Shown: one piece after another, positions 28,056 through 41,110 of the stretch | Numbering within the stretch: position 1 is the stretch's first letter | Layout of the letters: every line of letters begins with the position of its first letter | DNA from: Macrostomum lignano | Taxonomy: Eukaryota | Direction of reading: 5' to 3' | Assembly (NCBI GenBank): GCA_002269645.1 | Contig: NIVC01000469.1 | Span: 124,001 to 188,000, forward strand | Length of the DNA stretch: 64,000 bases | The notes under the pieces: generated by a model | The model's database searches: none | What the model saw: the letters and a program-made list of their open reading frames with translations, nothing else | What the model was told of the DNA's origin: nothing | Made by a program: the position numbers and the translations under genes

Positions 28056-29283
28056 GATTCCCATCCTAATTCCTGCATGCTGAGATAGCTATATAATAAG
28101 ATTTATGAGCCGGGCACATTGGTGAAAGCAAGATCGATGCCATTCTGAACTGCTTGTCAAGGTTTGGCGAATTGTGCTGCTGATTTTCTCACCCCACCAC
28201 CGTCGCCCTGGGGCTAAGAAACCTGAGACACAGCCAAGCTTCCTTCTATACAACCCTCGACCAAGTCGCATTCGTTCTTATCAAATTACCAACCAACCCG
28301 ATTTGTCGGCCAATTGTCAGACAACAAGATTGCAAATTGAATCTAGTCAAATTTATACTACTCACAGCTAAGTAGTCTTGCATAGCTACTTCTAGTAGAC
28401 TGTTTGGAAGCAAGATCAAGAAGCTTACCCGAATTCTGAATGCCGAATCAGCATTTGACTGTACACTGATACCGCGGGTCGATGCAGACTTGAAAATTGT
28501 TTGACTGATCAAAAATTTAACGAGCACTGACGCCTGTCAGAGAGCTTTGATTTGAGAAAAAATCCTTTAGTATAGGGGTACGTAGACTAGAGCTGAGTAA
28601 GTAATCAATGAAGCAATTCAGACAGATCTGCATTATGCATTACGCTTTCTTTCTTTAATTATGATTTTTCATTCAAGAGTAGCGGGCTGTCTGAAGGCAG
28701 CCCAGCCAGAGGCTTGTGTGTTGTCATGCCGTTTGGCTATGGCGGCCGCTGCTTCTAGTGAAAGGCAAAAGGACTTATGCTCTCACGCGATGTCTATTTC
28801 TCAAGTGGTCTCCGCGGATGGGGAGAGAGATGGCCGGCTTCTACCCGGCATTGGCTACTGATTTTTATATGGTCTCTGTCCTAAATGATTTGTCTCCTGT
28901 TGAAAAACTGAACTGGCTTTCCATATAGAATTAGTTATACTCAGCAACAGTCAAAAGTTCCACCCTCCAAGGCAGATGCCCCGCAGAGTCGCGTGCGAGG
29001 GGATCCCACACGCGTCATTAAGCATCGCGATTCTAACTGCATATGGCATAAAAACTTATGATTTTGTGCGAATGACGTTTATTATTGATTCAATCAACTT
29101 TCCCTTCCTCGCGGCGGCTTATTTGCTGTAGTGCTCGTAGTCCGCTTGGCGGGTAAGAATCTTGGCCTCTAAGAGCCGTATATTTGCGATATATATTCAC
29201 GCAGCAGCTGTGCAATCGGGCCGTCGTTGGCCGGATTTACCTCCGTCACCGGCGCCCCCGGCCGCTGATTGCCGTCCAGCTCG

Positions 29284-30231
29284 TCAAGGTCCCAGCGGCT
29301 TCATCTCGGTCACATGCCGCCGAATGACTGCCGTGCCGCGTTGCAGCGTCAGGGTGTCGTCGCTGACTGCCTTGACAAGCCAAGGCCGCGGGTCGAACGG
29401 ACAGCGCAGCTTCGCCTTGCCGCGGTTTCTGAGCAGCACGTGGGCGCCTGCCAGGATGCCGTGTGGCGCAGCCGATCGCCGCGTGTCGGCCGCCTTGCGC
29501 ATCGCCTGCTTGTAGCCGCAGTCGTGGCGCTGCAGCTGCCGTCCGGAGCTGCCGGTTTGCTTTGTCAGGCCGGATGGCAGGATGTCGCCGGTCTCTCGGT
29601 TAAACATGAGGTCGTTGGGCGTGCAGTCGTGCGGTCACAGAGTTGCGGTATCCGAGCAGCCACTCGTGAATCGCCTGCCGCCAGTCCTTGCCGTCGGCCG
29701 TGGCGGCGTTGATGGCCTTGTTGAGGCTGCGGTTGAAGCGCTCCACCTCGCCGTTCGCCGCCGGGTAGAGCGGGGTGATCCTGCGCTGTCGAACCCTGAG
29801 GCCGTCCAGAAACACACTGAATTCCTCGCTCGTGAAGTAGGTGGCGTTGTCCGTAGTGATCTGCTGCGGCACCCCGAAGCGGCTGAATGAGGCCATGACG
29901 CAGTTGATGACGCTGGCGCTGGTGAGGCTTCGCACCACGTAGAGGTCCGGGTAGCGGCTGAAGTAGTCCAACAAGACCACTACGTTCTCGCCCGTAGGGA
30001 ATGGTCCACACACGTCGACGCTGAGCGATTGCCAGGCCCCAACGGAAGCGGAGTCGGCTGCATCGGCGGTTGTTTAACGGCGCCGTCGGTCCGGGCCGCT
30101 TGGCACGTGAGGCAGTTAGTGACGACCGCCTCGACCTGCTTGGTCATGCCAGGCCACCAGATCTTACGCTACAGTCGGTCGCACGTCCTCTTCTGTCCGA
30201 GGTGGCCCTGGTGCGCTAAACCGATTGTCAG
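29284..30231 (-). pseudogene. Gypsy integrase remnant (HHCC, DDE core, GPY/F-like tail) with stops and frameshifts
   Basis: HQGHLGQKRTCDRL*RKIWWPG...CLTC; VDVCGPF; ITTDNATYF; NGEVERFNR; KLRCPFDPRPW. Two in-frame TAG codons and at least two frameshifts. Confidence 0.88.
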
Positions 30232-31476
30232 CTACCGAAGCTCTGCCGGGATCACGATTCTGTTTCGCCGGAGCAGAAGGCCTGCGTGAACGCTCAGTTC
30301 GTCTTTGAGGGACCGAAAACTGTGCACAGGGCTCGCCGCGCCGCAGCTCCAGTTTCCCGTTGCCAAGGCGCGCATGACGACCACCAGAGCTGGGTCTCTC
30401 TCGGTTGCAGCCCGGATCCTGTCAACGGTCAGGCACTTCGGGGTGGCCGCTTGGACAACGGCGTTGCACAGTCTGGTGTCCTCAGCCTCGTCTTTGTGTG
30501 ACGATGCGCTTGGCAGCGGATTGCGGCTCAGCGGGTCTGCCAGGTTGTCCTCGCCTTTGCGGTAGTGCAGCTTGAACGTGAATTGCTGGGGCTGCAGCAT
30601 GATACGCTCGAGCCGGGGCGGCGGCCTTGAGTCTGCTCTGTAGATCCCGAGCAGCGGCTTGTGGTTGGTGTAGATATCGAAGTGCGGGCAGCCTTCCAGG
30701 TAAAAGGCGAACTTCAAGCAGCCGAACTTGACGCCCAGGGCCTCGCGCTCAATCTGGCTGTAGCGCCGTTCGACGTCGCCGGGGACAACGATGAAGCGAA
30801 CCTCCTGGCTGTCCTGGCCGGTTGTCACCTGCAGGCTGCAGGCTCCCAGGATGCTGAGCGGTTCTGAAGAGCGGAAGGCGAATACCTTTCTGCGAGTTGT
30901 CTGCAGCTGCGGGGGTCGCGGAAGTTTCCGCCAGGCTCTCTCTGTCAAGATATTGCAATCGGCCCCGCTGTCGACCAGGACTTCCAGCTGCGTTGAGTCG
31001 ACTAGCACTGTTGTGCGGGCGCCCGCTGTAGCCGTCCCGGTGGCCGCCACGGTCAGACAGAAGATGCTGTCCTCCGGCTCTGAGCTGTCGCTGTCGGCCT
31101 GCAGGGCGCGGACGGCCTCCAACGGCCGGGAGAGGCAGGCCCTCGCCAGGTGGTTTCGCTTGCCGCAGCGCTTGCACGTCTTGCCTATGGCTGCGTTGCA
31201 TGTGCGATGGCCTGGGACTCCGCATCTGATGCACGTGGCTTGCTTGCCTGGCTGCTGCTTGGCTGGTCCCTTAACTAGGCGCTCTACTGATGAGGCCGCT
31301 GCACCAGTGTCTCGAAGCCGAAGTCGCTGTACCGCCGCCTCGTTAGATTCCATGAGGCTTGCCGGAGTCTCTGCTGTCTCCATGGCTCTGGCCACCCGAA
31401 GCGCCTGCTCCAGGTCGACATTGTCGATCGCTAGCAGCTTGCGGCGAAGCTTCTCTGAACTGCAGCCGGCGATCAC
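30232..31476 (-). pseudogene. Gag C-terminus - aspartic protease - RNase H fusion ORF (RT deleted)
   Basis: RDQVIAGC..KLRRKLL; paired knuckles CIRCGVPGHRTC / CKRCGKRNHLARAC; LVDSGADCNIL; then directly ERRYSQIEREALGV...TNHKPL. Confidence 0.88.
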
Positions 31477-32665
31477 CTGGTCACGGATCTGGGGTGTGGG
31501 GTGCTGGGGTCTGTTCGCAGGTCCAAGCGCGCTGGGCTTGGTAAGTTTAGCTGCGACGCCATTGTAGTGCTCGTAGTCCGCTTGGCGGGTAAGAATCTTG
31601 GCCTCTAAGAGCCGTATATTTGCGATATATATTCACGCAGCTGCCGACGTGCAGCAATGAGTTACGTAATACATTGGGGGGTGCTGAGCACGTTGGCTAG
31701 AGAGCAAGAGAAAGTGCATTGTACACGCATAGGCTGCGCACCACATTTGCGTAACTGGAAAGTTGAGTTGTGAGTAAGAAGTTGTCGCAATAAGTAAAAT
31801 TTTCATCTTGTTTGGAGGGTGGAACTTTAGACTGTTTCTGGTGACAGTTGCTGACTGTTGCTTCTGGTGGTGCCGGTGTCCGCAGCGTCCAGGAGGTGAA
31901 TGGTCGCTTGCCCGGTAGCCCTTTGGTAGCGGACGAGCTGGCAGAGATTCTCGGGCATGAAAGCGTCGAAGAGATCCGTGTTGGGGCCAAGGTGGGATCC
32001 GCATTCTCAACACCGGAGAGGCAGGATGGGGTAGCTATGGGGGTAGTCCTAGAGGTAGCAAGGCCTAGCGAAGCAACCGAGACCTAAGGGGCCATGGTGA
32101 CGAAATGACGCCATGGACACGCACTGTTAAAATTTTGCAGCCATCGCATTGCTCAGTCATCGAAGCGGTTACTTTTTAATAGATAAAATTAGTTTTTACC
32201 CCAGGACGAGCCTGCTCGGGTTATGCAAATGCAAGACTGGGTCCATCTGGCTGCATCCTCCTCGTGGCCCGAGCTTCCATTCTCGCAATCAACCCTCCTC
32301 TCCCGCCGCCCCCCCCCACCAGACCGCGTTCTCATCAGCGAAACTGTTAACAAAAACACCTCCCTAGGGAGCGATGCGGTCGAGTTTGATGGGTCCCGGG
32401 GTAAGTTTTCTTGAGGAGGGGGGGGAGAGGGGAGAAATTTTTTAGAGTCGCGCGCCTCACGTCGGATGAGAGCTGAGGAGCTCGTGCGCGAGAGACCAGA
32501 GGGGATAAAATCGAGGCCCAGTCTTCGTTTTTCATTAAAAAGGCTCCGCTAGACAGCCAAGATCGAGCCAGATGGTCCAGATCGGGCAGACCTCTTATGG
32601 GCATCCTTCAATCTCTTCCAGACCCCTTCTCCTGATGACTGGGCCTGCTCTAATCTGCTCGCAAC

Positions 32666-32667
<2 letters not shown>

Positions 32668-32736
<69 letters not shown>
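32668..32736. repeat. (CT)n microsatellite
   Basis: Direct observation. Confidence 0.95.
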
Positions 32737-32739
<3 letters not shown>

Positions 32740-32971
32740 TCTCTTTCTTTTACTCAAACAGGCGGGACCAGTAAATCTGGCCGACGCTGCAAAAAGCAAA
32801 AAAAGCAGTTGGTCTGGCGGTCTTGAACCAAACCAATTTGCAAATAAGCAGATGCTTTAGAAGCCTTGCTGTTGCTTTTAAAATTGGTTCGACTATATCT
32901 TTTTTGCATCCTGTTTGCTTTTTTCTTCATCCCAATTGGTGCGTAGCCGTCAGCAGTCTGCAGTCTGATGT

Positions 32972-33229
32972 GGCCACAGACACCAGCTAATGCTGCTAAT
33001 GCTTGAGAGCAGCAGAAGCTACAGTCTATGGTCTGAACCCCGGGGTTAGGGCCACAGACACCAGCTAATGCTGCTAATGCTTGATAGCAACAGAAGCTAC
33101 AGTCTATGGTCTGAACCCTAAGATTAGGGCCACAGACACCAGCTAATGCTGCTAATGCTTTAGAGCAACAGAAGCTACAGTCTATGGTCTGAACCCTGGG
33201 ATTAGGGCCACAGACACCAGCTAATGCTG
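32972..33229. repeat. 78-bp tandem repeat, ~3.3 copies; a further copy at ~25117-25206
   Basis: GGCCACAGACACCAGCTAATGCTG starts at 32972, 33050, 33128 and 33206. Confidence 0.9.
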
Positions 33230-33864
33230 TTCTTAGTCTCAGTTAATAATCTATAGATTGTAAATATGAATTTTTTAAGGCATTTTTATCGGGTTGAGCT
33301 CAGAGTAAAGAATGCTATAATTGGATTGAATGCATAATTGGCCACAACAATTTGTAATAAATTCAGATATTTCCAGATTAGAGGTTCCGACAGCCAAATA
33401 ACGGATGCAGCAAAATCTGCTTTTTCTGACAGCAGCAAACTACAGCCGCATAATCCAGCCTCACCTCGCTTTGGCGCCAACTGGCTGCGGAAAATTTGGG
33501 AAACAAATAAAACTTCACTTGGCCGCTTCCAGCTTCCAGAGGTGAGGAGGGGGGGGGGGTAGTCGTCCCGTTCTACCTGTTGTTTTTTGCAGTTTTGGCT
33601 ACTCCCAAAAAACAGGGGAGACCGCCTTCCTCCATCCGTCTCTGCCCGCCCGGATGCAACCGATTGGGGAATTGAGTGGGGGGATGGAGAGCCAGGGAAG
33701 CTGTGTGGAAGTCCCGGGCTTGGGAAAACCCGTTGGGCCAGGTTAACTAATAATTAATGAGCCCGGGAGCGCCCTCAGTGCAGCAGACTCCGTATTGTGA
33801 CAAAGCCAGTCCGGAAGGGGGGCTGCACCGGCGCACGGGAGAAGAGAGGCGGACAGAGCCGGCA

Positions 33865-33907
33865 GGGCGGCTGAATACGTGGCTCATTTTTCCGTTTCCT
33901 ATAAAAA
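33865..33907 (+). promoter_or_regulatory. Candidate core promoter of the ZP-domain gene (GC box + TATA box)
   Basis: GGGCGG at ~33865 and CCTATAAAAA with TATA at 33900. I saw no ATG between it and the signal-peptide ATG at 34301. Confidence 0.45.
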
Positions 33908-34300
33908 ACGGCAAATCACCGACTCCAGCTTGGGCTTCTGGAGCGGCGCGAACGAGCTTACAAAGAAAAGAAGAAGAAGGGCGACACAGCTGGAGACCAG
34001 AGGCGTCGTTCAAGGACCTCGACAACCCCGAAGTTCCGAATTGGACAGAAAGCGCTCGAAGCCGCCCAGTGAGTGGCCGTCTCCCTCCGTCTCTCTCTCT
34101 CTCCCCCCTCTCTCTCTCGCCCTTGAGCTTGGAGGAGACCCGTCGGCCTTCCTGCCAACCAACCGAGCCGGGCCAGTCAGAAGCAGACGGAGCCAGAGCC
34201 AGAAGACGGCTGCAACAGGAGAAGAAAGCAGAAATAGATTTCAGAAGAAGCTAATTTTGCCAGACTTGTAGATCTGCAACGAAAAGACTTCAGAGCTGAA

Positions 34301-34397
34301 ATGCTGCGCCTCTTTAACATGCGGACTGGATGGAGAGCAGTTCTGCCCATGATCATTGCGACTCTCCTCTGCCCCTGCGGCTTGGCCATTGATTCGG
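34301..34397 (+). CDS. ZP-domain membrane protein, exon 1 (signal peptide)
   Basis: MLRLFNMRTGWRAVLPMIIATLLCPCGLAIDS, then G|GTGAGT phase-1 donor compatible with the exon at 39979. This exon is not in the ORF track. Confidence 0.65.
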
Positions 34398-34694
34398 GTG
34401 AGTTCTAACGATAAAAGCCAAAAAGGCTCATTCAAAAGTGCTTTTGTTGACAACAAAGAGCGATTGCTGTTTTCGTGTGCCTGTCTGTGCCCAGGTCTCG
34501 TGCTTTGGCTGGCTGCCTATTGCTCAATTGAGCTCATATTGATCCCATTTTATGTAGGATGGGAGTTGAAGCAGGGATGGATGGCATCGAGCACAGTGGG
34601 AACGACTGAGTTCTTTTTTGCATGCAGTTTTGTTAATGCCGATGATAAGGACAAAAAGGCACTAGGACGACAAAGACAGAGCCACTCCTGAGAA

Positions 34695-36632
34695 AAACAG
34701 TCCCATTCATGAGAGACACAGTCCCATTCATAAGACACACAGTCCCATTCATGAGAGACACAGTCCCATTCATGAGAGACACAGTGCCATTCATGAGACA
34801 CACAGTGCCATTCATGAGACACACAGTCCCATTGATGAGAGACACAGTCCCATTCATGAGAGACACAGTCCCATTCATGAGAGACACAGTCCCATTCATG
34901 AGAGACACAGTCCAATTCATGAGAGAGACACAGTCCCATTCATGAGAGACACAGTGCCATTCATGAGAGACACAGTGCCATTCATGAGAGAGACACAGTC
35001 CCATTCATGAGAGACACAGTCCCATTCATGAGAGACACAGTGCCATTCATGAGAGACACAGTCCCATTCATGAGAGAGACACAGTCCCATTCATGAGAGA
35101 CACAGTCCCATTCATGAGAGACACAGTCCCATTCATGAGACACACAGTCCCATTCATGAGAGACACAGTGCCATTCATGAGAGAGACACAGTCCCATTCA
35201 TGAGAGAGACACAGTCCCATTCATGAGAGAGACAGTCCCATTCATGAGAGACACAGTCCCATTCATGAGAGACACAGTCCCATTCGTGAGACACAGTGCC
35301 ATTCATGAGACACAGTGCCATTCATGAGAGACACAGTCCCATTCATGAGAGAGACACAGTCCCATTCATGAGAGACACAGTCCCATTCATGAGAGACACA
35401 GTCCCATTCATGAGAGACACAGTCCCATTCATGAGACACACAGTCCCATTCATGAGAGACACAGTGCCATTCATGAGACACACAGTGCCATTCATGAGAG
35501 AGACAGTCCCATTCATGAGAGACACAGTCCCATTCATGAGACACACAGTCCCATTCATGAGAGACACAGTCCCATTCATGAGACACAGTGCCATTCATGA
35601 GAGACACAGTCCCATTCATGAGACACAGTGCCATTCATGAGACACAGTGCCATTCATGAGAGACACAGTCCCATTCATGAGAGAGACACAGTCCCATTCA
35701 TGAGAGACACAGTCCCATTCATGAGACACAGTGCCATTCATGAGAGACACAGTCCCATTCATGAGACACACAGTCCCATTCATGAGAGACACAGTGCCAT
35801 TCATGAGACACACAGTGCCATTCATGAGAGAGACAGTCCCATTCATGAGAGACACAGTCCCATTCATGAGACACACAGTCCCATTCATGAGAGACACAGT
35901 CCCATTCATGAGACACAGTCCCATTCATGAGAGACACAGTCCCATTCATGAGACACACAGTCCCATTCATGAGAGAGACAGTCCCATTCATGAGAGACAC
36001 AGTCCCATTCATGAGACACACAGTCCCATTCATGAGAGACACAGTCCCATTCATGAGACACAGTGCCATTCATGAGAGACACAGTCCCATTCATGAGAGA
36101 CACAGTCCCATTCATGAGAGACACAGTCCCATTCATGAGAGACACAGTCCCATTCATGAGAGACACAGTCCCATTCATGAGACACACAGTCCCATTCATG
36201 AGAGACACAGTCCCATTCATGAGACACAGTCCATTCATGAGAGACACAGTCCCATTCATGAGACACACAGTCCCATTCATGAGAGACACAGTCCCATTCA
36301 TGAGACACAGTGCCATTCATGAGAGACACAGTCCCATTCATGAGAGACACAGTCCCATTCATGAGAGACACAGTCCCATTCATGAGAGACACAGTCCCAT
36401 TCATGAGAGACACAGTCCCATTCATGAGAGACACAGTCCCATTCATGAGAGACACAGTCCCATTCATGAGAGACACAGTGCCATTCATGAGACACACAGT
36501 GCCATTCATGAGAGACACAGTGCCATTCATGAGAGACACAGTGCCATTCATGAGAGACACAGTGCCATTCATGAGAGACACAGTGCCATTCATGAGAGAC
36601 ACAGTGCCATTCATGAGACACACAGTCCCATT
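34695..36632. repeat. 19-23-bp minisatellite (CATTCATGAGAGACACAGTCC)n
   Basis: Direct observation; unit length varies with the number of GA/CA dinucleotides. Confidence 0.97.
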
Positions 36633-37311
36633 CAACTGTGAAACGCGAGAACACACTGCAGAATGAATCACAGCTCTGCAAATTCATGCCTGATAAATGT
36701 TTACATTAACGAATTACGGTGACAAGTTGCAGGGGGCGGCAGTCCAGTAGCAAGTATCCAGGCTGTTCGTGAGGCTGAATTTATTACAATTGTCCAGCTA
36801 CAGGAGGGGCAGCGGGAGCAGGAGGTAGGGAGACGGCACAGGGGATGCGGAAAGCCAGTTAGTTAGCTGTCTGGCAAGAGAAAGACTCAAGCCAGGGGAA
36901 TTATTGGCAGCTTGGCAGACCCAGCGGAGTCCGTATATTGACCGCTGGCTAACGGAAACATTTTGCTTGTACAACTTGGCCAAGAGGACGAGGGAGAGGG
37001 GGGGGAGAATTCCCGTCCGATTTTGTCGAATGCTTTTCCCGAAAGCAGAAAACGGAGCCAAAACGGACTTGCAATTCGCGTTGTTAACTTTTTTTTTCAA
37101 TTCGCTAGAAAACACTGAGCCACCTGTTGAAGTTCCCTCGGTCTGGGGAGACAGGGGACTTCCTGCTCCTCCCCTCACTCTGCCCCTTGAAGCCACAGGC
37201 ATTGATCCGGGCCAAGAATCCGCACCAGGCCTCTTCGATCTCCATCAATTTGTTGGCACTTCCTGGCTAAATTTGGTTAAAATTTGAATAGCGCTCGTTG
37301 AGTGCCTCTCA

Positions 37312-38288
37312 CATCTGCCTCAGATCTGCCTCAGATCTCTCAGATCTCCCTCAGATCTCTCAGATCTCCCTCAGATCTCTTAGATCTCCCTCAGATCTCT
37401 TAGATCTCCCTCAGATCTCTCAGATCTCCTTCAGATCTCTCAGATCTCCCTCAGATCTCTTAGATCTCCCTCAGATCTCTCAGATCTCCCTCAGATCTCC
37501 CTCAGATCTCTCAGATCTCCCTCAGATCTCCCTCAGATCTCTTAGATCTCCCTCAGATCTCTCAGATCTCCCTCAGATCTCCCTCAGATCTCTCAGATCT
37601 CCCTCAGATCTCTCAGATCTCCCTCAGATCTCTCAATCTCCTCAGATCTCTCAGATCTCCCTCAGATCTCTTAGATCTCCCTCAGATCTCTCAGATCTCC
37701 CTCAGATCTCCCTCAGATCTCTCAGATCTCCCTCAGATCTCTTAGATCTCCCTCAGATCTCTCAGATCTCCTTCAGATCTCTCAGATCTCTCTCAGATCT
37801 CTTAGATCTCCCTCAGATCTCTCAGATCTCCCTCAGATCTCCCTCAGATCTCTTAGATCTCCCTCAGATCTCTCAGATCTCCTCAGATCTCCTTCAGATC
37901 TCTCAGATCTCCCTCAGATCTCTTAGATCTGCCTCAGATCTCTCAGATCTCCCTCAGATCTCTCAGATCTCCTTCAGATCTCTGAGATCTCCCTCAGATC
38001 TCTCAGATCTCCTTCAGATCTCTCAGATCTCTCAGATCTCCTTCAGATCTCTGAGATCTCCCTCAGATCTCTCAGATCTCCTTCAGATCTCTCAGATCTC
38101 CCTCAGATCTCTTAGATCTCCCTCAGATCTCTCAGATCTCCCTCAGATCTCCCTCAGATCTCTTAGATCTCCCTCAGATCTCTCAGATCTCCCTCAGATC
38201 TCCCTCAGATCTCTTAGATCTCCCTCAGATCTCTCAGATCTCCCTCAGATCTCTCAGATCTCCCTCAGATCTCCCTCAGATCTCTCTC
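37312..38288. repeat. 10-11-bp minisatellite (CTCAGATCTC[C])n
   Basis: Direct observation. Confidence 0.97.
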
Positions 38289-38867
38289 ATCTCTGTCATG
38301 AGAGAGATAACACCTAACTGGTGCCTTGCAATTATCCACTCCCACATCATATCCTTCTCATTTTCCGACATAAGTCGACCCGCTTCATGTGAAAAAACTC
38401 ACTTCTTTAGCAGTACATGCATTTTTTCTCTCTTCGTCATCGACCGAATTCGGCTGGGGTGGAGGAGAGGAGAGGTGAGAGAACTTTAAACCTGCTGAAG
38501 TTCGGCGCCAATTCAACCGAAGTTATGGATTCTGGAGAGACAACTGGAGTGAATAATCGGGCATCAAAAAATCCAAAGTTTTCCTGTCGCATCGATTCCC
38601 GATAATTATTGACCGATTTCACCTCTCTGTCTGGCGGAGGCCCCAAACAAGCAGATCAGGATTATTGAGAAGGACAAACTGTTTTTGTCACTTTTCAAAT
38701 GCAGTCCTCTGAGCTCCGAGCTGAGTAGGGGAAGTGACTTTAATCGGAGTTATTGGCTGGCTTAGGAATGTAAGATAGGTAAATATTGTATGGGTCTGAC
38801 ATATATGGATGTTGAGAAGAAAGTGAAAATTCAACACAAACAGAGAGGAATGGGAGAGAAGGAGAGA

Positions 38868-39345
38868 GAAAGGGAGAGAGGCAGGGAGAGAGGCAGGGAG
38901 AGAGGCAGGGAGAGAGGCAGGAAGAGAGGCAGGGAGAGAGGCAGGAAGAGAGGCAGGGAGAGAGGCAGGGAGAGAGGCAGGGAGAGAGGCAGGGAGAGAG
39001 GCAGGGAGAGAGGCAGGAAGAGAGGCAGGGAGAGAGGCAGGAAGAGAGGCAGGGAGAGAGGCAGGGAGAGAGGCAGGGAGAGAGGCAGGGAGAGAGGCAG
39101 GGATAGAGCCAGGGACAGAGGCAGGGAGAGAGGCAGGGAGAGAGGCAGGGAGAGAGGCAGGGAGAGAGGCAGGGAGAGAGGCAGGGAGAGAGGCAGGGAG
39201 AGAGGCAGGGAGAGAGGCAGGGAGAGAAGCAGGGAGAGAGGCAGGGAGAGAGGCAGGGAGAGAGGCAGGGAGAGAGGCAGGGAGAGAGGCAGGGAGAGAA
39301 GCAGGGAGAGAAGCAGGGAGAGAGGCAGGTAGAGAGGCAGGGAGA
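38868..39345. repeat. 12-bp purine-rich repeat (GAGAGGCAGGGA)n
   Basis: Direct observation; source of the RERG/LPLS ORFs. Confidence 0.97.
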
Positions 39346-39978
39346 GAAAAGTCATCGAGATGAAAGAGTCCTTGGAAGGGAGCAGCAGTTTAGTCAAACT
39401 CAACCAGAAAAGGGGATCAGTGACACAGCAGCAGAGATCACAAACAGAGAGAGAAAGTGTCGCCAAAAGACGCACCAGCAGTAGCAGCAGCAGCAGCAGA
39501 CGCATCGGAGGGGATTCGCATGGCAGGTGAATGGATAACCGAGGAGTCCCCCTTCCCCCCTCCCGGAGCAACCAATTGTCTCGGGATCCAACCCCCGATC
39601 TCCGGTGCCTCCTTCCCCGCCCCTTCTCGACCCCTCCCCCATCATGAATCCACCTTGCCCTCCTGCCCGCTCTTCCCCCCTCTCTCTCTACACTGCAGTT
39701 ATTTCCTTTTCAGCCAAAACCCGACGGTTTTGCCCATGCAGTGCAGCCCCCCCCCACCCAGACTCGCTCATCCGGCAGATTCAGTTAGAAATCGGCTATG
39801 ATTTTGGTGCTGCTGCCGCTGCTGATGCCGCTGCTGCAGTTTCCCGAGGTCTCGGCCTCAGCAGCGGCCAAGTCGGCTCCAGCTGCAGCACTCGGCAGCG
39901 GCAGGAGGCGCATCCCGCCCGATCCGCTGCGCGGCCTCGGCACGCCAATTAAAATCGGCAATCGTTATTATTTTCCAG

Positions 39979-40128
39979 GCGACAGCAGCGGCTGCCGCAG
40001 TCCCGGACAGGCCTGTTCAGCTCCTATCGGTGGCGTCTGCAGCCTCACCGGCTCCAAGATCTCCTGCGACTGCACCAGCGATAAAACTGTCACCACGCAT
40101 AACAGCGGAGAGAAGTTCTGCCAGACCA
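39979..40128 (+). CDS. ZP-domain protein exon 2 (Cys-rich EB/EGF-like module)
   Basis: TTATTTTCCAG| acceptor; GDSSGCRSPGQACSAPIGGVCSLTGSKISCDCTSDKTVTTHNSGEKFCQT; A|GTGAGT donor, phase 1-1. Confidence 0.8.
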
Positions 40129-40189
40129 GTGAGTGCATTGGGGCATTGGGGATGCATCTAGGACTTTGTGGCGAATAATACATGGGCTC

Positions 40190-41110
40190 TGTAGATGGGA
40201 TCTCTAGATGGAATCTCTGAATGGGATCTCTAGATGGGATCTCTAGATGGGATCTCTAGATGGAATCTCTGAATGGGATCTCTAGATGGGATCTCTAGAT
40301 GGGATCTCTAGATGGGGTCTCTAGATGGGATCTCTAGATGGGGTCTCTAGATGGGGTCTCTAGATGGGATCTCCAGATGGGATCTGTAGATGGGATCTCT
40401 AAATGGGATCTCAAAGATGGGATCTCAAAGATGGGATCTCAAGATGGGATCTCAAGATGGGATCTCTAGATGGGATCTCTAGATGGGGTCTCTAGATGGG
40501 ATCTCTAGATGGGGTCTCTAGATGGGATCTCTAAATGAGATCTCCAGCTGGGATCTGTAGATGGGATCTCTAAATGGGATCTCAAAGATGGGATCTCAAG
40601 ATGGGATCTGAAGATAGGATCTCTAGATGGGATCTCTAAATGAGATCTCCAGCTGGGATCTGTAGATGGGATCTCTAAATGGGATCTCAAAGATGGGATC
40701 TCAAGATGGGATCTCAAGATAGGATCTCTAGATGGGATCTCTAAATGAGATCTCCAGCTGGGATCTGTAGATGGGATCTCTAAATGGGATCTCAAAGATG
40801 GGATCTCAAGATGGGATCTCAAGATGGGATCTCAAGATGGGATCTCTAGATGGGATCTCTAGATGGGGTCTCTAGATGGGATCTCTAGATGGGGTCTCTA
40901 GATGGGATCTCTAAATGAGATCTCCAGCTGGGATCTGTAGATGGGATCTCTAAATGGGATCTCAAAGATGGGATCTCAAGATGGGATCTGAAGATAGGAT
41001 CTCTAGATGGGATCTCTAAATGAGATCTCCAGCTGGGATCTGTAGATGGGATCTCAAGATGGGATCTCAAGATGGGATCTCAAGATGGGATCTCTAGATG
41101 GGATCTCTAA
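40190..41110. repeat. 12-14-bp minisatellite (AGATGGGATCTCT)n with longer-range repetition
   Basis: Direct observation. Confidence 0.96.

Larger units (their letters stand above)
29127..31673 (-). mobile_element. Ty3/Gypsy (Mag-like) LTR retrotransposon, internally deleted and decayed
   Basis: Identical 79-bp direct repeats at 29127-29205 and 31563-31641. PBS-like TGGCGTCGC lies 1 nt after the 5' LTR. The 5' LTR probably extends to 31673 (TGTATTAC...CACTACA). Gag knuckles, protease, RNase H and integrase remnants are present. Confidence 0.92.

Noticed and set aside
22984-31567. Overlapping opposite-strand or alternative-frame ORFs over the GPCR tail and the Gypsy element (e.g. 23104-23550, 22984-23622, 30791-31567, 29565-30011)
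   Set aside because: Shadow ORFs of GC-rich coding sequence; the motif-bearing frames are on the minus strand as annotated.
31760-32140. Short ORFs next to the 5' LTR (31848-32087, 31697-31990)
   Set aside because: No recognisable motif and no consistent splice partners; left unannotated.
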